From NCBI GenBank assembly GCA_964016885.1, contig OZ024742.1, positions 349,308,001-349,372,000 on the forward strand: a stretch of 64,000 nucleotides of DNA. The letters run 5' to 3'. Source of the stretch: Eledone cirrhosa (taxonomy: Eukaryota). The position numbers and the translations under genes were made by a program. The notes below the pieces were generated by a model that saw only the letters and a program-made list of their open reading frames with translations, did not search any database and was not told the origin of the DNA. This document shows positions 41,571 through 54,900 of this stretch, one piece after another. The stretch's first letter is position 1; each line of letters opens with the position of its first letter.

Positions 41571-44500
41571 TCATCGCAGTACCCTGTCTAAAACTCTATA
41601 ACTCTGATAACATCGCAAAACCCTGTCTAAATCTCTATAACTCTGATATCATCGCAGTAGCCTGTCTAGAACTCTATAACTCTGATATCATCGCAGTACC
41701 CTGTCTAGAACTCTATAACTCTGATATCATCGCAGAACCCTGTCTAAACTCTCTAACTCTGATATCATTGCAGTACCCTGTCTAAAATTCTATAAGTCTG
41801 ATATCATCGCAGAACCCTGTCTAAAACTCTCTAACTCTGATATCATTGCAGAACCCTGTCTAAAATTCTATAACTCTGATATCATCGCAGTACCCTGTCT
41901 AAAACTATATAACTCTGATATCATTGCGGTACCCTGTCTAAAACTCTATAACTCTGATATCATCGCAGTACCCTGTTTAAATCTCTATAACTCTGATATC
42001 ATCGCAGTACCCTGTCTAGAACTCTATAACTCTGATATCATCGCAGTACCCTGTCTAGAACTCTATAACTCTGATATCATTGCAGTACCTTGTCTAAAAT
42101 TCTATAACTCTGATATCATCGCAGTACCCTGTCTAAAACTCCATAACTCTGATATCATCGCAGTACCCTGTCTAAAACTCTATATCTCTGATATAATTGC
42201 AGTACCCTGTCTAAAACTCTCTAACTCTGATATCATCGCAGTACCTGTCTAAAACTCTATAACTCTGATATCATCGCAGTACCCTGTCTAAAACTCTATA
42301 ACTCTGATATTATTGCAGTACCCTGTCTAAAACTCTATAACTCTGATATCATCGCAGTACCCTGTCTAGAACTCTATAACTCTGATATCATCGCAGTACC
42401 CTGTCTAAAACTCTATAACTCCGATATCATCGCAGCACCCTGTCTAAAACTCTATAACTCCGATATCATCACAGAACCCTGTCTAAAACTCTATAACTCT
42501 GATATTATTGCAGTACCCTGTCTAAAACTCTATAACTCTGATATCATCGCAGTACCCTGTCTAGAACTCTATAACTCTGATATCATCGCAGAACCCTGTC
42601 TAAAACTCTATAACTCTGATATCATCGCAGTACCCTGTTTAAATCTCTATAACTCTGATATCATCGCAGTACCCTGTCTAGAACTCTATAACTCTGGTAT
42701 CATCGCAGTACCCTGTCTAAAACTCTACAACTCTGATATCATCGCAGTACCTGTCTACAACTCTATAACTCTGATATCATCGCAGTACCCTATCTAGAAC
42801 TCTATAACACTGATATCATCGCAGTACCCTGTCTAAAACTCTATAACTCTGATATCATCGCAGTACCCTGTCTAGAACTCTATAACTCTGATATCATTGC
42901 AGTACCTTGTCTAAAATTCTATAACTCTGATATCATCGCAGTACCCTGTCTAAAACTCCATAACTCTGATATCATCGCAGTACCCTGTCTAAAACTCTAT
43001 ATCTCTGATATAATTGCAGTACCCTGTCTAAAACTCTATAACTCTGATATCATCGCAGTACCTGTCTAAAACTCTATAACTCTGATATCATCGCAGTACC
43101 CTGTCTAAAACTCTATAACTCCGATATCATCGCAGAACCCTGTCTAAAACCCTATAACTCTGATATAATTGCAGTACCCTGTCTAAAATTCTATAACTCT
43201 GATATCATCGCAGTACCCTGTCTAGAACTCTATATCTCTGATATCATCGCAGTACCCTGTCTAAAACTCTATAACTCTGATATCATCGCAGTACCCTGTC
43301 TAAAACTCTATAACTCCGATATCATCGCAGAACCCTGTCTAAAACTCTATAACTCTGATATCATTGCATTACCCTGTTTAAAACTCTATAACTCTGATAT
43401 CATCGCAGTACCCTGTCTAAAACTCTATAACTCCGATATCATCGCAGAACCCTGTCTAAAACTCTATAACTCTGATATCATTGCAGTACCCTGTCTAAAA
43501 CTCTATAACTCTGATATCATCGCAGTACCCTGTCTAAAACTCTATAACTCTGATATCATTGCAGTACCCTGTCTAAAACTCTATAACTCTGATAACATCG
43601 CAAAACCCTGTCTAAATCTCTATAACTCTGATATCATCGCAGTAGCCTGTCTAGAACTCTATAACTCTGATATCATCGCAGTACCCTGTCTAGAACTCTA
43701 TAACTCTGATATCATCGCAGAACCCTGTCTAAAACTCTCTAACTCTGATATCATTGCAGTACCCTGTCTAAAATTCTATAACTCTGATATCATCGCAGAA
43801 CCCTGTCTAAAACTCTCTAACTCTGATATCATTGCAGAACCCTGTCTAAAATTCTATAACTCTGATATCATCGCAGTACCCTGTCTAAAACTCTATAACT
43901 CTGATATCATTGCAGTACCCTTTTTAAAATTCTATAACTCTGATATCATTGCAGTACCCTGTCTAAAATTCTATAACTCTGATATCATCGCAGAACCCTG
44001 TCTAAAACTCTCTAACTCTGATATCATCGCAGTACCCTGTCTAAAACTCTATAACTCTGATATCATTGCAGTACCCTTTTTTAAAATTCTATAACTCTGA
44101 TATCATCGCAGTACCCTGTCTAAAACTATATAACTCTGATATCATTGCGGTACCCTGTCTAAAACTCTATAACTCTGATATCATCGCAGTACCCTGTTTA
44201 AATCTCTATAACTCTGATATCATCGCAGTACCCTGTCTAGAACTCTATATCTCTGATATCATCGCAGTACCCTGTCTAAAACTCTATAACTCTGATATCA
44301 TTGCAGTATCCTGTCTAAAACTCTCTAACCCTGATATCATCGCAGTACCCTGTCTAAAACTCTATAACTCTGATATCATCGCAGTACCCTGTCTAAAACT
44401 CTATAACTCTGATAACATCGCAAAACCCTGTCTAAATCTCTATAACTCTGATATCATCGCAGTAGCCTGTCTAGAACTCTATAACTCTGATATCATCGCA

Positions 44501-44800
44501 GTACCCTGTCTAGAACTCTATAACTCTGATATCATCGCAGAACCCTGTCTAAACTCTCTAACTCTGATATCATTGCAGGAACCCTGTCTAAAATTCTATA
44601 AGTCTGATATCATCGCAGAACCCTGTCTAAAACTCTCTAACTCTGATATCATTGCAGAACCCTGTCTAAAATTCTATAACTCTGATATCATCGCAGTACC
44701 CTGTCTAAAACTATATAACTCTGATATCATTGCGGTACCCTGTCTAAAACTCTATAACTCTGATATCATCGCAGTACCCTGTTTAAATCTCTATAACTCT
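40500..44800 (+). repeat. Duplicated block of about 1.5 kb at offset 2805 bp (72 monomers) inside the 11.2-kb unit
   Basis: GCATTACCCTGTTTAAAA 40561/43366 and CCCTTTTTTAAAA (6-T) pseudo-ORF starts 41261/44066 share offset 2805. The AAGTCTGAT variant is present in both copies. Confidence 0.8.
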
Positions 44801-47800
44801 GATATCATCGCAGTAGCCTGTCTAGAACTCTATAACTCTGATATCATCGCAGTACCCTGTCTAAAACTCTATAACTCCGATATCATCGCAGTACCCTGTC
44901 TAAAACTCTATAACTCTGATATCATCGCAGTACCTGTCTACAACTCCATAACTCTGATATCATCGCAGTACCCTGTCTAAAACTCTATAACTCTGATATC
45001 ATCGCAGTACCTGTCTAAAACTCTATAACTCTGATATCATTGCAGTACCCTGTCTAAAACTCTCTAACTCTGATATCATCGCAGTACCCTGTCTAAAACT
45101 CTATTATTCTGATATCATTGCAGTACCCTGTCTAAAACTCTATAACTCTGATAACATCGCAAAAACCTGTCTAAATCTCTATAACTCTGATATCATCGCA
45201 GTACCCTGTCTAAAACTCTATAACTCTGATATCATCGCAGAACCCTGTCTAAAACTCTATAACTCTGATATCATTGCATTACCCTGTCTAAAACTCTATA
45301 ACTCTGATATCATCGCAGTACCCTGTCTAAAACTCTATAACTCTGATATCATTGCAGTACCCTTTTTAAAATGCTATAACTCTGATATCATCGCAGTACC
45401 CTGTCTAAAACTCCATAACTCTGATATCATCGCAGTACCCTGTCTAAAACTCTATATCTCTGATATAATTGCAGTACCCTGTCTAAAACTCTATAACTCT
45501 GATATCATCGCAGTACCTGTCTAAAACTCTATAACTGATATCATCGCAGTACCCTGTCTAAAACTCTATAACTCCGATATTATCGCAGAACCCTGTCTAA
45601 AACTCTATAACTCTGATATAATTGCAGTACCCTGTCTAAAATTCTATAACTCTGATATCATCGCAGTACCCTGTCTAGAACTCTATATCTCTGATATCAT
45701 CGCAGTACCCTGTCTAAAACTCTATAACTCTGATATCATCGCAGTACCCTGTCTAAAACTCTATAACTCCGATATCATCGCAGAACCCTGTCTAAAACTC
45801 TATAACTCTGATATCATTGCATTACCCTGTCTAAAACTCTATAACTCTGATATCATCGCAGTACCCTGTCTAAAACTCTATAACTCCGATATCATCGCAG
45901 AACCCTGTCTGAAACTCTATAACTCTGAAATCATTGCAGTACCCTGTCTAAATCTCTATAACTCTGATATCATCGCAGTAGCCTGTCTAGAACTCTATAA
46001 CTCTGATATCATCGCAGTAGCCTGTCTAGAACTCTATAACTCTGATATCATCGCAGAACCCTGTCTAAAACTCTCTAACTCTGATATCATTGCAGTACCC
46101 TGTCTAAAATTCTATAACTCTGATATCATCGCAGAACCCTGTCTAAAACTCTGTAACTCTGATATCATTGCAGAACCCTGTCTAAAATTATATAACTCTG
46201 ATATCATTGCGGTACCCTGTCTATAACTCTATAACTCTGATATCATCGCAGTACCCTGTTTAAATCTCTATAACTCTGATATCATCGCAGTACCCTGTCT
46301 AGAACACTATAACTCTGATATCATCGCAGTACCCTGTCTAAAACTCTATAACTCTGATATCATCGCAGTACCGGTCTACAACTCTATAACTCTGATATTA
46401 TTGCAGTACCCTGTCTAAAACTCTATAACTCTGATATCATCGCAGTACCCTGTCTAGAACTCTATAACTCTGATATCATCGCAGTACCCTGTCTAAAACT
46501 CTATAACTCCGATATCATCGCAGTACCCTGTCTAAAACTCTATAACTCCGATATCATCACAGAACCCTGTCTAAAACTCTATAACTCTGATATTATTGCA
46601 GTACCCTGTCTAAAACTCTATAACTCTGATATCATCGCAGTACCCTGTCTAGAACTCTATAACTCTGATATCATCGCAGAACCCTGTCTAAAACTCTATA
46701 ATTCTGATATCATCGCAGTACCCTGTTTAAATCTCTATAACACTGATATCATCGCAGTACCCTGTCTAGAACTCTATAACTCTGGTATAATCGCAGTACC
46801 CTGTCTAAAACTCTACAACTCTGATATCATCGCAGTACCTGTCTACAACTCTATAACTCTGATATCATCGCAGTACCCTATCTAGAACTCTATAACACTG
46901 ATATCATCGCAGTACCCTGTCTAAAACTCTATTACTGTGATATCATCGCAGTACCCTGTCTAGAACTCTATAACTCTGATATCATTGCAGTACCTTGTCT
47001 AAAATTCTATAACTCTGATATCATCGCAGTACCCTGTCTAAAACTCCATAACTCTGATATCATCGCAGTACCCTGTCTAAAACTCTATATCTCTGATATA
47101 ATTGCAGTACCCTGTCTAAAACTCTATAACTCTGATATCATCGCAGTACCTGTCTAAAACTCTATAACTCTGATATCATCGCAGTACCCTGTCTAGAACT
47201 CTATATCTCTGATATCATCGCAGTACCCTGTCTAAAACACTATAACTCTGATATCATCGCAGTACCCTGTCTAAAACTCTATAACTCCGATATCATCGCA
47301 GAACCCTGTCTAAAACTCTATAACTCTGATATCATTGCAGTACCCTTTTTAAAATGCTATAACTCTGATATCATCGCAGTACCCTGTCTAAAACTCCATA
47401 ACTCTGATATCATCGCAGAACCCTGTCTAAAACTCTATAACTCTGATATCATTGCATTACCCTGTCTAAAACTCTATAACTCTGATATCATCGCAGTACC
47501 CTGTCTAAAACTCTATAACTCTGATATCATTGCAGTACCCTTTTTAAAATGCTATAACTCTGATATCATCGCAGTACCCTGTCTAAAACTCCATAACTCT
47601 GATATCATCGCAGTACCCTGTCTAAAACTCTATATCTCTGATATAATTGCAGTACCTTGTCTAAAACTCTATAACTCTGATATCATCGCAGTACCTGTCT
47701 AAAACTCTATAACTCTGATATCATCGCAGTACCCTGTCTAAAACTCTATAACTCCGATATCATCGCAGAACCCTGTCTAAAACTCTATAACTCTGATATA

Positions 47801-48583
47801 ATTGCAGTACCCTGTCTAAAATTCTATAACTCTGATATCATCGCAGTACCCTGTCTACAACTCTATATCTGTGATATCATCGCAGTACCCTGTCTAAAAC
47901 TGTATAACTCTGATATCATCGCAGTACCCTGTCTAAAACTCTATAACTCCGATATCATCGCAGAACCCTGTCTAAAACTCTATAACTCTGATATCATTGC
48001 ATTACCCTGTCTAAAACTCTATAACTCTGATATCATCGCAGTACCCTGTCTAAAACTCTATAACTCCGATATCATCGCAGAACCCTGTCTAAAACTCTAT
48101 AACTCTGAAATCATTGCAGTACCCTGTCTAAAACTCTATAACTCTGATATCATCGCAGTACCCTGTCTAAAACTCTATAACTCTGATATCATTGCAGTAC
48201 CCTGTCTAAAACTCTATAACTCAGATATCATCGCAGTAGCCTGTCTAGAACTCTATAACTCTGATATCATCGCAGTACCCTGTCTAGAACTCTATAACTC
48301 TGATATCATCGCAGAACCCTGTCTAAAACTCTCTAACTCTGATATCATTGCAGTACCCTGTCTAAAATTCTATAACTCTGATATCATCGCAGAACCCTGT
48401 CTAAAACTCTCTAACTCTGATATCATTGCAGAACCCTGTCTAAAACTATATAACTCTGATATCATTGCGGTACCCTGTCTATAACTCTATAACTCTGATA
48501 TCATCGCAGTACCCTGTTTAAATCTCTATAACTCTGATATCATCGCAGTACCCTGTCTAGAACTCTCTAACTCTGATATCATC

Positions 48584-51500
48584 GCAGTACCCTGTCTAAA
48601 ACTCTATAACTCCGATATCATCGCAGTACCCTGTCTAAAACTCTATAACTCTGATATCATCGCAGTACCTGTCTACAACTCTATAACTCTGATATTATTG
48701 CAGTACCCTGTCTAAAACTCTATAATTCTGATATCATCGCAGTACCCTGTCTAGAACTCTATAACTCTGATATCATCGCAGTACCCTGTCTAAAACTCTA
48801 TAACTCCGATATCATCGCAGCACCCTGTCTAAAACTCTATAACTCCGATATCATCACAGAACCCTGTCTAAAACTCTATAACTCTGATATTATTGCAGTA
48901 CCCTGTCTAAAACTCTATAACTCTGATATCATCGCAGTACCCTGTCTAGAACTCTATAACTCTGATATCATCGCAGAACCCTGTCTAAAACTCTATAACT
49001 CTGATATCATCGCAGTACCCTGTCTAGAACTCTATAACTCTGGTATCATCGCAGTACCCTGTCTAAAACTCTACAACTCTGATATCATCGCAGTACCTGT
49101 CTACAACTCTATAACTCTGATATCATCGCAGTACCCTATCTAGAACTCTATAACACTGATATCATCGCAGTACCCTGTCTAAAACTCTATAACTCTGATA
49201 TCATCGCAGTACCCTGTCTAGAACTCTATAACTCTGATATCATTGCAGTACCTTGTCGAAAATTCTATAACTCTGATATCATCGCAGTACCCTGTCTAAA
49301 ACTCCATAACTCTGATATCATCGCAGTACCCTGTCTAAAACTCTATATCTCTGATATAATTGCAGTACCCTGTCTAAAACTCTATAACTCTGATATCATC
49401 GCAGTACCTGTCTAAAACTCTATAACTCTGATATCATCGCAGTACCCTGTCTAAAACTCTATAACTCCGATATCATCGCAGAACCCTGTCTAAAACTCTA
49501 TAACTCTGATATCATTGCATTACCCTGTTTAAAACTCTATAACTCTGATATCATCGCAGTACCCTGTCTAAAACTCTATAACTCCGATATCATCGCAGAA
49601 CCCTGTCTAAAACTCTATAACTCTGATATCATTGCAGTACCCTGTCTAAAACTCTATAACTCTGATATCATCGCAGTACCCTGTCTAAAACTCTATAACT
49701 CTGATATCATTGCAGTACCCTGTCTAAAACTCTATAACTCCGATATCATCGCAGTACCCTGTCTAAAACTCTATAACTCTGATATCATCGCAGTACCTGT
49801 CTACAACTCTATAACTCTGATATTATTGCAGTACCCTGTCTAAAACTCTATAATTCTGATATCATCGCAGTACCCTGTCTAGAACTCTATAACTCTGATA
49901 TCATCGCAGTACCCTGTCTAAAACTCTATAACTCCGATATCATCGCAGCACCCTGTCTAAAACTCTATAACTCCGATATCATCACAGAACCCTGTCTAAA
50001 ACTCTATAACTCTGATATTATTGCAGTACCCTGTCTAAAACTCTATAACTCTGATATCATCGCAGTACCCTGTCTAGAACTCTATAACTCTGATATCATC
50101 GCAGAACCCTGTCTAAAACTCTATAACTCTGATATCATCGCAGTACCCTGTCTAGAACTCTATAACTCTGGTATCATCGCAGTACCCTGTCTAAAACTCT
50201 ACAACTCTGATATCATCGCAGTACCTGTCTACAACTCTATAACTCTGATATCATCGCAGTACCCTATCTAGAACTCTATAACACTGATATCATCGCAGTA
50301 CCCTGTCTAAAACTCTATAACTCTGATATCATCGCAGTACCCTGTCTAGAACTCTATAACTCTGATATCATTGCAGTACCTTGTCGAAAATTCTATAACT
50401 CTGATATCATCGCAGTACCCTGTCTAAAACTCCATAACTCTGATATCATCGCAGTACCCTGTCTAAAACTCTATATCTCTGATATAATTGCAGTACCCTG
50501 TCTAAAACTCTATAACTCTGATATCATCGCAGTACCTGTCTAAAACTCTATAACTCTGATATCATCGCAGTACCCTGTCTAAAACTCTATAACTCCGATA
50601 TCATCGCAGAACCCTGTCTAAAACTCTATAACTCTGATATCATTGCATTACCCTGTTTAAAACTCTATAACTCTGATATCATCGCAGTACCCTGTCTAAA
50701 ACTCTATAACTCCGATATCATCGCAGAACCCTGTCTAAAACTCTATAACTCTGATATCATTGCAGTACCCTGTCTAAAACTCTATAACTCTGATATCATC
50801 GCAGTACCCTGTCTAAAACTCTATAACTCTGATATCATTGCAGTACCCTGTCTAAAACTCTATAACTCCGATATCATCGCAGTACCCTGTCTAAAACTCT
50901 ATAACTCTGATATCATCGCAGTACCTGTCTACAACTCTATAACTCTGATATTATTGCAGTACCCTGTCTAAAACTCTATAATTCTGATATCATCGCAGTA
51001 CCCTGTCTAGAACTCTATAACTCTGATATCATCGCAGTACCCTGTCTAAAACTCTATAACTCCGATATCATCGCAGCACCCTGTCTAAAACTCTATAACT
51101 CCGATATCATCACAGAACCCTGTCTAAAACTCTATAACTCTGATATTATTGCAGTACCCTGTCTAAAACTCTATAACTCTGATATCATCGCAGTACCCTG
51201 TCTAGAACTCTATAACTCTGATATCATCGCAGAACCCTGTCTAAAACTCTATAACTCTGATATCATCGCAGTACCCTGTCTAGAACTCTATAACTCTGGT
51301 ATCATCGCAGTACCCTGTCTAAAACTCTACAACTCTGATATCATCGCAGTACCTGTCTACAACTCTATAACTCTGATATCATCGCAGTACCCTATCTAGA
51401 ACTCTATAACACTGATATCATCGCAGTACCCTGTCTAAAACTCTATAACTCTGATATCATCGCAGTACCCTGTCTAGAACTCTATAACTCTGATATCATT

Positions 51501-51992
51501 GCAGTACCTTGTCGAAAATTCTATAACTCTGATATCATCGCAGTACCCTGTCTAAAACTCCATAACTCTGATATCATCGCAGTACCCTGTCTAAAACTCT
51601 ATATCTCTGATATAATTGCAGTACCCTGTCTAAAACTCTATAACTCTGATATCATCGCAGTACCTGTCTAAAACTCTATAACTCTGATATCATCGCAGTA
51701 CCCTGTCTAAAACTCTATAACTCCGATATCATCGCAGAACCCTGTCTAAAACTCTATAACTCTGATATCATTGCATTACCCTGTTTAAAACTCTATAACT
51801 CTGATATCATCGCAGTACCCTGTCTAAAACTCTATAACTCCGATATCATCGCAGAACCCTGTCTAAAACTCTATAACTCTGATATCATTGCAGTACCCTG
51901 TCTAAAACTCTATAACTCTGATATCATCGCAGTACCCTGTCTAAAACTCTATAACTCTGATATCATTGCAGTACCCTGTCTAAAACTCTATA
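48584..51992 (+). repeat. Second set of three 1128-bp units, carried by the 11.2-kb duplication
   Basis: TGTCGAAAA at 49257, 50385 and 51513 (1128 spacing), each 11,212 bp downstream of the first set. Confidence 0.93.
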
Positions 51993-54900
51993 GCTCTGAT
52001 AACATCGCAAAACCCTGTCTAAATCTCTATAACTCTGATATCATCGCAGTAGCCTGTCTAGAACTCTATAACTCTGATATCATCGCAGTACCCTGTCTAG
52101 AACTCTATAACTCTGATATCATCGCAGAACCCTGTCTAAAACTCTCTAACTCTGATATCATTGCAGTACCCTGTCTAAAATTCTATAACTCTGATATCAT
52201 CGCAGAACCCTGTCTAAAACTCTCTAACTCTGATATCATTGCAGAACCCTGTCTAAAATTCTATAACTCTGATATCATCGCAGTACCCTGTCTAAAACTC
52301 TATAACTCTGATATCATTGCAGTACCCTTTTTAAAATTCTATAACTCTGATATCATTGCAGTACCCTGTCTAAAATTCTATAACTCTGATATCATCGCAG
52401 AACCCTGTCTAAAACTCTGTAACTCTGATATCATCGCAGTACCCTGTCTAAAACTCTATAACTCTGATATCATTGCAGTACCCTTTTTTAAAATTCTATA
52501 ACTCTGATATCATCGCAGTACCCTGTCTAAAACTATATAACTCTGATATCATTGCGGTACCCTGTCTAAAACTCTATAACTCTGATATCATCGCAGTACC
52601 CTGTTTAAATCTCTATAACTCTGATATCATCGCAGTACCCTGTCTAGAACTCTATATCTCTGATATCATCGCAGTACCCTGTCTAAAACTCTATAACTCT
52701 GATATCATTGCAGTATCCTGTCTAAAACTCTCTAACTCTGATATCATCGCAGTACCCTGTCTAGAACTCTATAACTCTGATATCATCGCAGAACCCTGTC
52801 TAAACTCTCTAACTCTGATATCATTGCAGTACCCTGTCTAAAATTCTATAAGTCTGATATCATCGCAGAACCCTGTCTAAAACTCTCTAACTCTGATATC
52901 ATTGCAGAACCCTGTCTAAAATTCTATAACTCTGATATCATCGCAGTACCCTGTCTAAAACTATATAACTCTGATATCATTGCGGTACCCTGTCTAAAAC
53001 TCTATAACTCTGATATCATCGCAGTACCCTGTTTAAATCTCTATAACTCTGATATCATCGCAGTACCCTGTCTAGAACTCTATAACTCTGATATCATCGC
53101 AGTACCCTGTCTAGAACTCTATAACTCTGATATCATTGCAGTACCTTGTCTAAAATTCTATAACTCTGATATCATCGCAGTACCCTGTCTAAAACTCCAT
53201 AACTCTGATATCATCGCAGTACCCTGTCTAAAACTCTATATCTCTGATATAATTGCAGTACCCTGTCTAAAACTCTCTAACTCTGATATCATCGCAGTAC
53301 CTGTCTAAAACTCTATAACTCTGATATCATCGCAGTACCCTGTCTAAAACTCTATAACTCTGATATTATTGCAGTACCCTGTCTAAAACTCTATAACTCT
53401 GATATCATCGCAGTACCCTGTCTAGAACTCTATAACTCTGATATCATCGCAGTACCCTGTCTAAAACTCTATAACTCCGATATCATCGCAGCACCCTGTC
53501 TAAAACTCTATAACTCCGATATCATCACAGAACCCTGTCTAAAACTCTATAACTCTGATATTATTGCAGTACCCTGTCTAAAACTCTATAACTCTGATAT
53601 CATCGCAGTACCCTGTCTAGAACTCTATAACTCTGATATCATCGCAGAACCCTGTCTAAAACTCTATAACTCTGATATCATCGCAGTACCCTGTTTAAAT
53701 CTCTATAACTCTGATATCATCGCAGTACCCTGTCTAGAACTCTATAACTCTGGTATCATCGCAGTACCCTGTCTAAAACTCTACAACTCTGATATCATCG
53801 CAGTACCTGTCTACAACTCTATAACTCTGATATCATCGCAGTACCCTATCTAGAACTCTATAACACTGATATCATCGCAGTACCCTGTCTAAAACTCTAT
53901 AACTCTGATATCATCGCAGTACCCTGTCTAGAACTCTATAACTCTGATATCATTGCAGTACCTTGTCTAAAATTCTATAACTCTGATATCATCGCAGTAC
54001 CCTGTCTAAAACTCCATAACTCTGATATCATCGCAGTACCCTGTCTAAAACTCTATATCTCTGATATAATTGCAGTACCCTGTCTAAAACTCTATAACTC
54101 TGATATCATCGCAGTACCTGTCTAAAACTCTATAACTCTGATATCATCGCAGTACCCTGTCTAAAACTCTATAACTCCGATATCATCGCAGAACCCTGTC
54201 TAAAACCCTATAACTCTGATATAATTGCAGTACCCTGTCTAAAATTCTATAACTCTGATATCATCGCAGTACCCTGTCTAGAACTCTATATCTCTGATAT
54301 CATCGCAGTACCCTGTCTAAAACTCTATAACTCTGATATCATCGCAGTACCCTGTCTAAAACTCTATAACTCCGATATCATCGCAGAACCCTGTCTAAAA
54401 CTCTATAACTCTGATATCATTGCATTACCCTGTTTAAAACTCTATAACTCTGATATCATCGCAGTACCCTGTCTAAAACTCTATAACTCCGATATCATCG
54501 CAGAACCCTGTCTAAAACTCTATAACTCTGATATCATTGCAGTACCCTGTCTAAAACTCTATAACTCTGATATCATCGCAGTACCCTGTCTAAAACTCTA
54601 TAACTCTGATATCATTGCAGTACCCTGTCTAAAACTCTATAACTCTGATAACATCGCAAAACCCTGTCTAAATCTCTATAACTCTGATATCATCGCAGTA
54701 GCCTGTCTAGAACTCTATAACTCTGATATCATCGCAGTACCCTGTCTAGAACTCTATAACTCTGATATCATCGCAGAACCCTGTCTAAAACTCTCTAACT
54801 CTGATATCATTGCAGTACCCTGTCTAAAATTCTATAACTCTGATATCATCGCAGAACCCTGTCTAAAACTCTCTAACTCTGATATCATTGCAGAACCCTG

